Below are positions 39,632 through 42,455 of a stretch of 42,455 bases of DNA, piece after piece (the stretch's first letter is position 1; the number at the start of each line of letters is the position of its first letter). The position numbers were made by a program, and so were the translations under genes. The stretch comes from an uncultured Candidatus Saccharibacteria bacterium (GTDB lineage Bacteria; Patescibacteriota; Minisyncoccia; Phycocordibacterales; 2-02-FULL-43-11): NCBI GenBank assembly GCA_964649625.1, contig CAZYRJ010000002.1:1-42455 (forward strand), in the 5' to 3' direction. The notes below the pieces were generated by a model. That model did not search any database and had not been told where the DNA came from. It worked only from the letters and a program-made list of their open reading frames with translations.

Positions 39632-40186
39632 CTACCATCTTCCTACACTCCTTTCGGAGAATCGTTCTCTCTGTCCCAAGAGATCGATGATGGGCATCGC
39701 TAGCCACATCGCAATGTCCGTTACGGCTTCATAAGGCCGCGGGATTCCGAACACCGCAAAGTGGCCCGCGCCTTTTCCCCGGAACAGGTATCGGACGCGC
39801 GGATAGTGGAGCCAGGTGGAAATTACAATTAATTGTTCGCCCTTCTCCTTTGCCTCTCGTAGAGCCCATGTCATCTGACTAATGGTATCGTGGCCAACGC
39901 GAACCACTTCGTAACGATCCTCTCCGATTTCGAGCCTCTCGAGCACACGGCAGTAATTTTCTGCTTCCGACGGCTGTCCTTTTTCTTGTACGGCGGACAA
40001 GATGACGATTCGAGACGGGCTCAAATTGTCCTGAATTCGGAGAGCTTTAATCAGGCCCCGGTACCAATCTTGCCATCTTTCGGGACCAACTCTGCCTTTC
40101 TCCCAGGCGCTCTTCGTGAGCGGTAAGATCATGTATTTTTTCAAAAAGTAATCCTTTGTTCGGTTCCTCTCGACCAGAAGGTACAT
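39632..40186 (-). CDS. DUF218/YdcF-like protein, paralogue 2
   Basis: 184 aa. It is clearly paralogous to 39050..39625, sharing ILPLTKS, GRVG, QDWY, ILSAV, HDTI, LIVISTWLHYPRVRYL, FGIPRPYEAVTD and PIIDLLG. Confidence 0.5.
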   Translation of the reverse strand: MYLLVERNRTKDYFLKKYMILPLTKSAWEKGRVGPERWQDWYRGLIKALRIQDNLSPSRIVILSAVQEKGQPSEAENYCRVLERLEIGEDRYEVVRVGHDTISQMTWALREAKEKGEQLIVISTWLHYPRVRYLFRGKGAGHFAVFGIPRPYEAVTDIAMWLAMPIIDLLGQRERFSERSVGRW

Positions 40187-40249
40187 TACATGTTCATTAT
40201 TGTCAACACACGGAAAAAGAAGCCTAGTGCTAGAATTGTTTTCATTCAG

Positions 40250-41578
40250 ATGAAAACAAACCCAAAAAATATTTTGGCCCTGATCCTTGTCGGGGCATTT
40301 CTATTTTCCATCGCGTACGCATTTTATTTCAGGATTGAACCTACGGTCGACGCCGACGCTTATGACGCGATAGCGATCAATTTAGTTGCCGGAAACGGCT
40401 ATGTCGAAAATACGGAAATTCCATTAGCCGAGGATTCGGCCATTGGCCGTGTCGGCCCAGGGTATCAATTTTTTCTTTTCCTCGTCTATAAGATCTTCGG
40501 TCATCATTACCCAGTCGTGTGGATGATCCAGGCTTTGCTTCACGTGTTGACGGGCGGTATGTTATTTCTCATCGCCTCCAAACTTTTCAAAGAACGGGGA
40601 CAATGGATCGGGCTCATAGCAACTGCGCTATATATATTTTTTATAGATGTTATTCAGATGAGCGCCATGCTCATGACAGAAACGCTCTTCCTGTTCCTGA
40701 CCGCGTTGTCAATATATTTCTTCGTTCTATTCTACGAGCGGCCGAGCAAAGCTAACGCCTTGCTCCTTGGTGTTGCCACAGCGCTTTGCATTCTAACCCG
40801 ACCGACCGCGCTCCTTTTATTGGTGATGTATCTTATTTTTGCCGTATCGAAGAAATATTTTGTCCAGGCGCTTATTCTCGCCTTATGCTTCACTTTCATA
40901 ATCGGGCCTTGGACTTCAAGGAATTACCGCGTTTATGATCGGTTCATCATGACGACGGCCGCGGGCGGTTATGACATCTGGGTTGGCAATAATCCGGAAG
41001 CGAGCGGTGAATTGGAAGCGTCGGCCACCATCACGGCATATCTCGACAATTACGGAGTCGAAGCGGCGGATAAAAAGGGGATTGAGGAAGTAAAGAAATT
41101 CATACTGACCGAGCCTTTGAACTTCATCAGGCTTCAGCTTATTAAAACGTCAATATATTTCAGCGCGGCACGGCCCTCGGCTTTCTGGTTCCATCTCTCC
41201 GGGACGTCAAAAATGGCGACCGTCGTGCTCTCGAGTATTTTTGCTTTTGTTACGTTCGCTTTAGGGTTTGCCGGGTTGTGGCTCGCGTTCAAGAAGCGCG
41301 GGATTTTCCGGTGGTTGGCCGCCTTGACGCTTGCCGCTCCGGTTGCCGTCATCCCTATCATAGTGGAGACGCGATACAGGTTTCCGATATACCCATTGAT
41401 GGCGCTATTCGCGGCGTACTTTGTGCATGAGATATATCAAAGCCATCGGGCAACAGGGAAATTCGCATGGACACGAGAGCTCAAGATATTCGCCGTTACG
41501 GCCTCGGTCGTGATGCTTAATACGGTTTTCGACGCCTGGCGGAACTTTGATGTCGTTAAGGATAAGCTCGGCCTATGA
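40250..41578 (+). CDS. GT-C fold membrane glycosyltransferase (GT39/GT83, ArnT/PMT_2-like)
   Basis: The start was set at MKTNPKN, where TGcTAGAAT (40228-40236) lies 13 nt upstream (track start 40190). There are about 11 TM helices. The first extracytoplasmic loop, DADAYDAIAINLVAGNGY, is typical of ArnT/PMT-type enzymes. Confidence 0.7.
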   Translation: MKTNPKNILALILVGAFLFSIAYAFYFRIEPTVDADAYDAIAINLVAGNGYVENTEIPLAEDSAIGRVGPGYQFFLFLVYKIFGHHYPVVWMIQALLHVLTGGMLFLIASKLFKERGQWIGLIATALYIFFIDVIQMSAMLMTETLFLFLTALSIYFFVLFYERPSKANALLLGVATALCILTRPTALLLLVMYLIFAVSKKYFVQALILALCFTFIIGPWTSRNYRVYDRFIMTTAAGGYDIWVGNNPEASGELEASATITAYLDNYGVEAADKKGIEEVKKFILTEPLNFIRLQLIKTSIYFSAARPSAFWFHLSGTSKMATVVLSSIFAFVTFALGFAGLWLAFKKRGIFRWLAALTLAAPVAVIPIIVETRYRFPIYPLMALFAAYFVHEIYQSHRATGKFAWTRELKIFAVTASVVMLNTVFDAWRNFDVVKDKLGL

Positions 41579-42455
41579 AATTATTGATCAAAACCAAAGA
41601 GTTCCTCGTCTATCATAAATTTATAGTTATTGCCGCGTTATTTTTGGTGCTTTTGATCGAAGCGCCGCTCCTCTATTTTCCCTATTACGCCGGGGAAAGA
41701 TATCAAGGCATCAACATCGCGCATTTTGGTACCGACGAGCATTATTATTTGACGAGGGCGAAAGAAGTGCTCGAAGGCAGGAATTTGGGCCAGCCGGCTC
41801 TTGCCGAATGGAAGGAAAAACAGGATCCGACCTTTTCTTCGATAGAAGCCGTGGTACTTTTCCCGTTGCGTTTATTGAAAATGGCCGACCGTGTCGATGT
41901 TGTAACTCTCTACAACTTCTATAACGCGGCAGCCATTTTTGCCATCATCATGCTGATATACGCTCTCCAATTTTCCATATCCGGGAATCGCTTATTGGCG
42001 GCGGCAACGGCCCTTTTTGTGGTCGGCGGCTATTCGATTGTCTACAACAAAGGCTTATTCTACGAAGATTTCAATATTTATGGTCGGTCCGTTATACCCT
42101 GGGGAGCACTGATTCCTTTTTATATAATGCTCAATTTGCTATACCTGGGGGTTTCGAAAGCCAAAACGGGCTGGATAATCGCCGCGGGGTTAGTTTTCGG
42201 CTTTCTTTTCTATGATTATTTTTACGCCTGGACCCTTTCGCTCTCTCTTTTGGCGGCTATGGCCGTAAGTTACATAGTCTTTAAACAGGCTAAGGTGGCC
42301 AAATCGATTGCTATATCTCTTTGTTTGGGAATAGTTCTTGGCTTGCCGGTCCTTTTCGGCATGCTCGAATTGTACAGATCGTCCATGGGGGAGCAGTTGT
42401 CGTACTTTTTGATGTCTTCGGCAGGCCGGACAGCCGTATTCAGTAAAATCGGTTT
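41575..42455 (+). CDS. Polytopic membrane protein, 5'-partial view (runs off the window)
   Basis: Absent from the ORF track because there is no stop in the window. My translation runs from the ATG at 41575, which has an ATGA overlap with the upstream stop: MKLLIKTKEFLVYHKFIVIAALFLVLLIEAPLLYFPYYAGERYQGINIAHFGTDEHYY... The frame is open to 42455 and has many TM helices. It may be a second GT-C enzyme or a polymerase-like protein. Confidence 0.55.
   Translation, partial: MKLLIKTKEFLVYHKFIVIAALFLVLLIEAPLLYFPYYAGERYQGINIAHFGTDEHYYLTRAKEVLEGRNLGQPALAEWKEKQDPTFSSIEAVVLFPLRLLKMADRVDVVTLYNFYNAAAIFAIIMLIYALQFSISGNRLLAAATALFVVGGYSIVYNKGLFYEDFNIYGRSVIPWGALIPFYIMLNLLYLGVSKAKTGWIIAAGLVFGFLFYDYFYAWTLSLSLLAAMAVSYIVFKQAKVAKSIAISLCLGIVLGLPVLFGMLELYRSSMGEQLSYFLMSSAGRTAVFSKIG

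Noticed and set aside
1-42455. An alternative genetic code (UGA recoding, as in some CPR lineages).
   Set aside because: TGA terminates hisS, the GT4 gene at 24910, the Nudix gene and the GT-C gene at family-typical lengths. All recognisable genes are intact under code 11.

Overview
The window looks like a fragment of a small-genome bacterium. I infer an uncultivated Patescibacteria/CPR (Parcubacteria-like) origin from the compact aminoacyl-tRNA synthetase and ribosomal proteins, the near absence of Shine-Dalgarno sequences, and the many GT4 genes. The standard genetic code applies, since TGA terminates ORFs at the expected lengths.

**1-12.1 kb (housekeeping).** This part carries typA and a minimal alaS. 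Next comes an actin-fold (FtsA/PilM-like) ATPase with a membrane-anchored partner. After these come infA-rpmJ-rpsM-rpsK-rpsD-rpoA-rplQ and rplM-rpsI. The operon spacers contain unusual CTAG-rich heptamer arrays and related GC hairpins.

**12.1-21 kb (patchwork).**
- A frameshifted relic of an rpsI 3' end.
- An orphan gene with its own promoter, SD and terminator.
- An A+T-rich PaaX/Cas2-fold-like regulator, preceded by a 36-bp palindrome that overlaps its -35. A partial copy of the palindrome lies just downstream of the gene.
- A DEDD exonuclease and hisS on the minus strand.
- An ECF sigma factor behind a long structured leader, followed by a putative membrane anti-sigma protein.
- A TIM-barrel protein, further orphans and an HExxH lipoprotein.

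**21.1-42.5 kb (surface-glycan locus).** About 17 co-directional genes are followed by two inverted DUF218-like paralogues and two polytopic membrane proteins. One of these is GT39/ArnT-like and one is unassigned. The locus includes:
- five GT4/GT-B glycosyltransferases and a DPM1/ArnC-like GT2;
- GtrA and a truncated UDP-glucose-dehydrogenase-like protein;
- a UXS/ArnA-like decarboxylase, a sugar C-methyltransferase, a cupin and a Gfo/Idh/MocA oxidoreductase;
- an AsnB-like amidotransferase, a FemAB-like GNAT and a WalW/ArnD-like deacetylase;
- a SAM methyltransferase and a Nudix hydrolase.

My leading hypothesis is an Arn-like route: a polyprenyl-phosphate sugar is made and then transferred by a GT-C enzyme. 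Here the route would build a C-methylated sugar instead of an amino sugar.

A recurring signal across the window is a -10 element ending 6-8 nt before the ATG, which predicts leaderless mRNAs.

I saw no transposase, integrase, CRISPR array, tRNA or rRNA. All product calls come from motif recognition by eye, and no searches were run.
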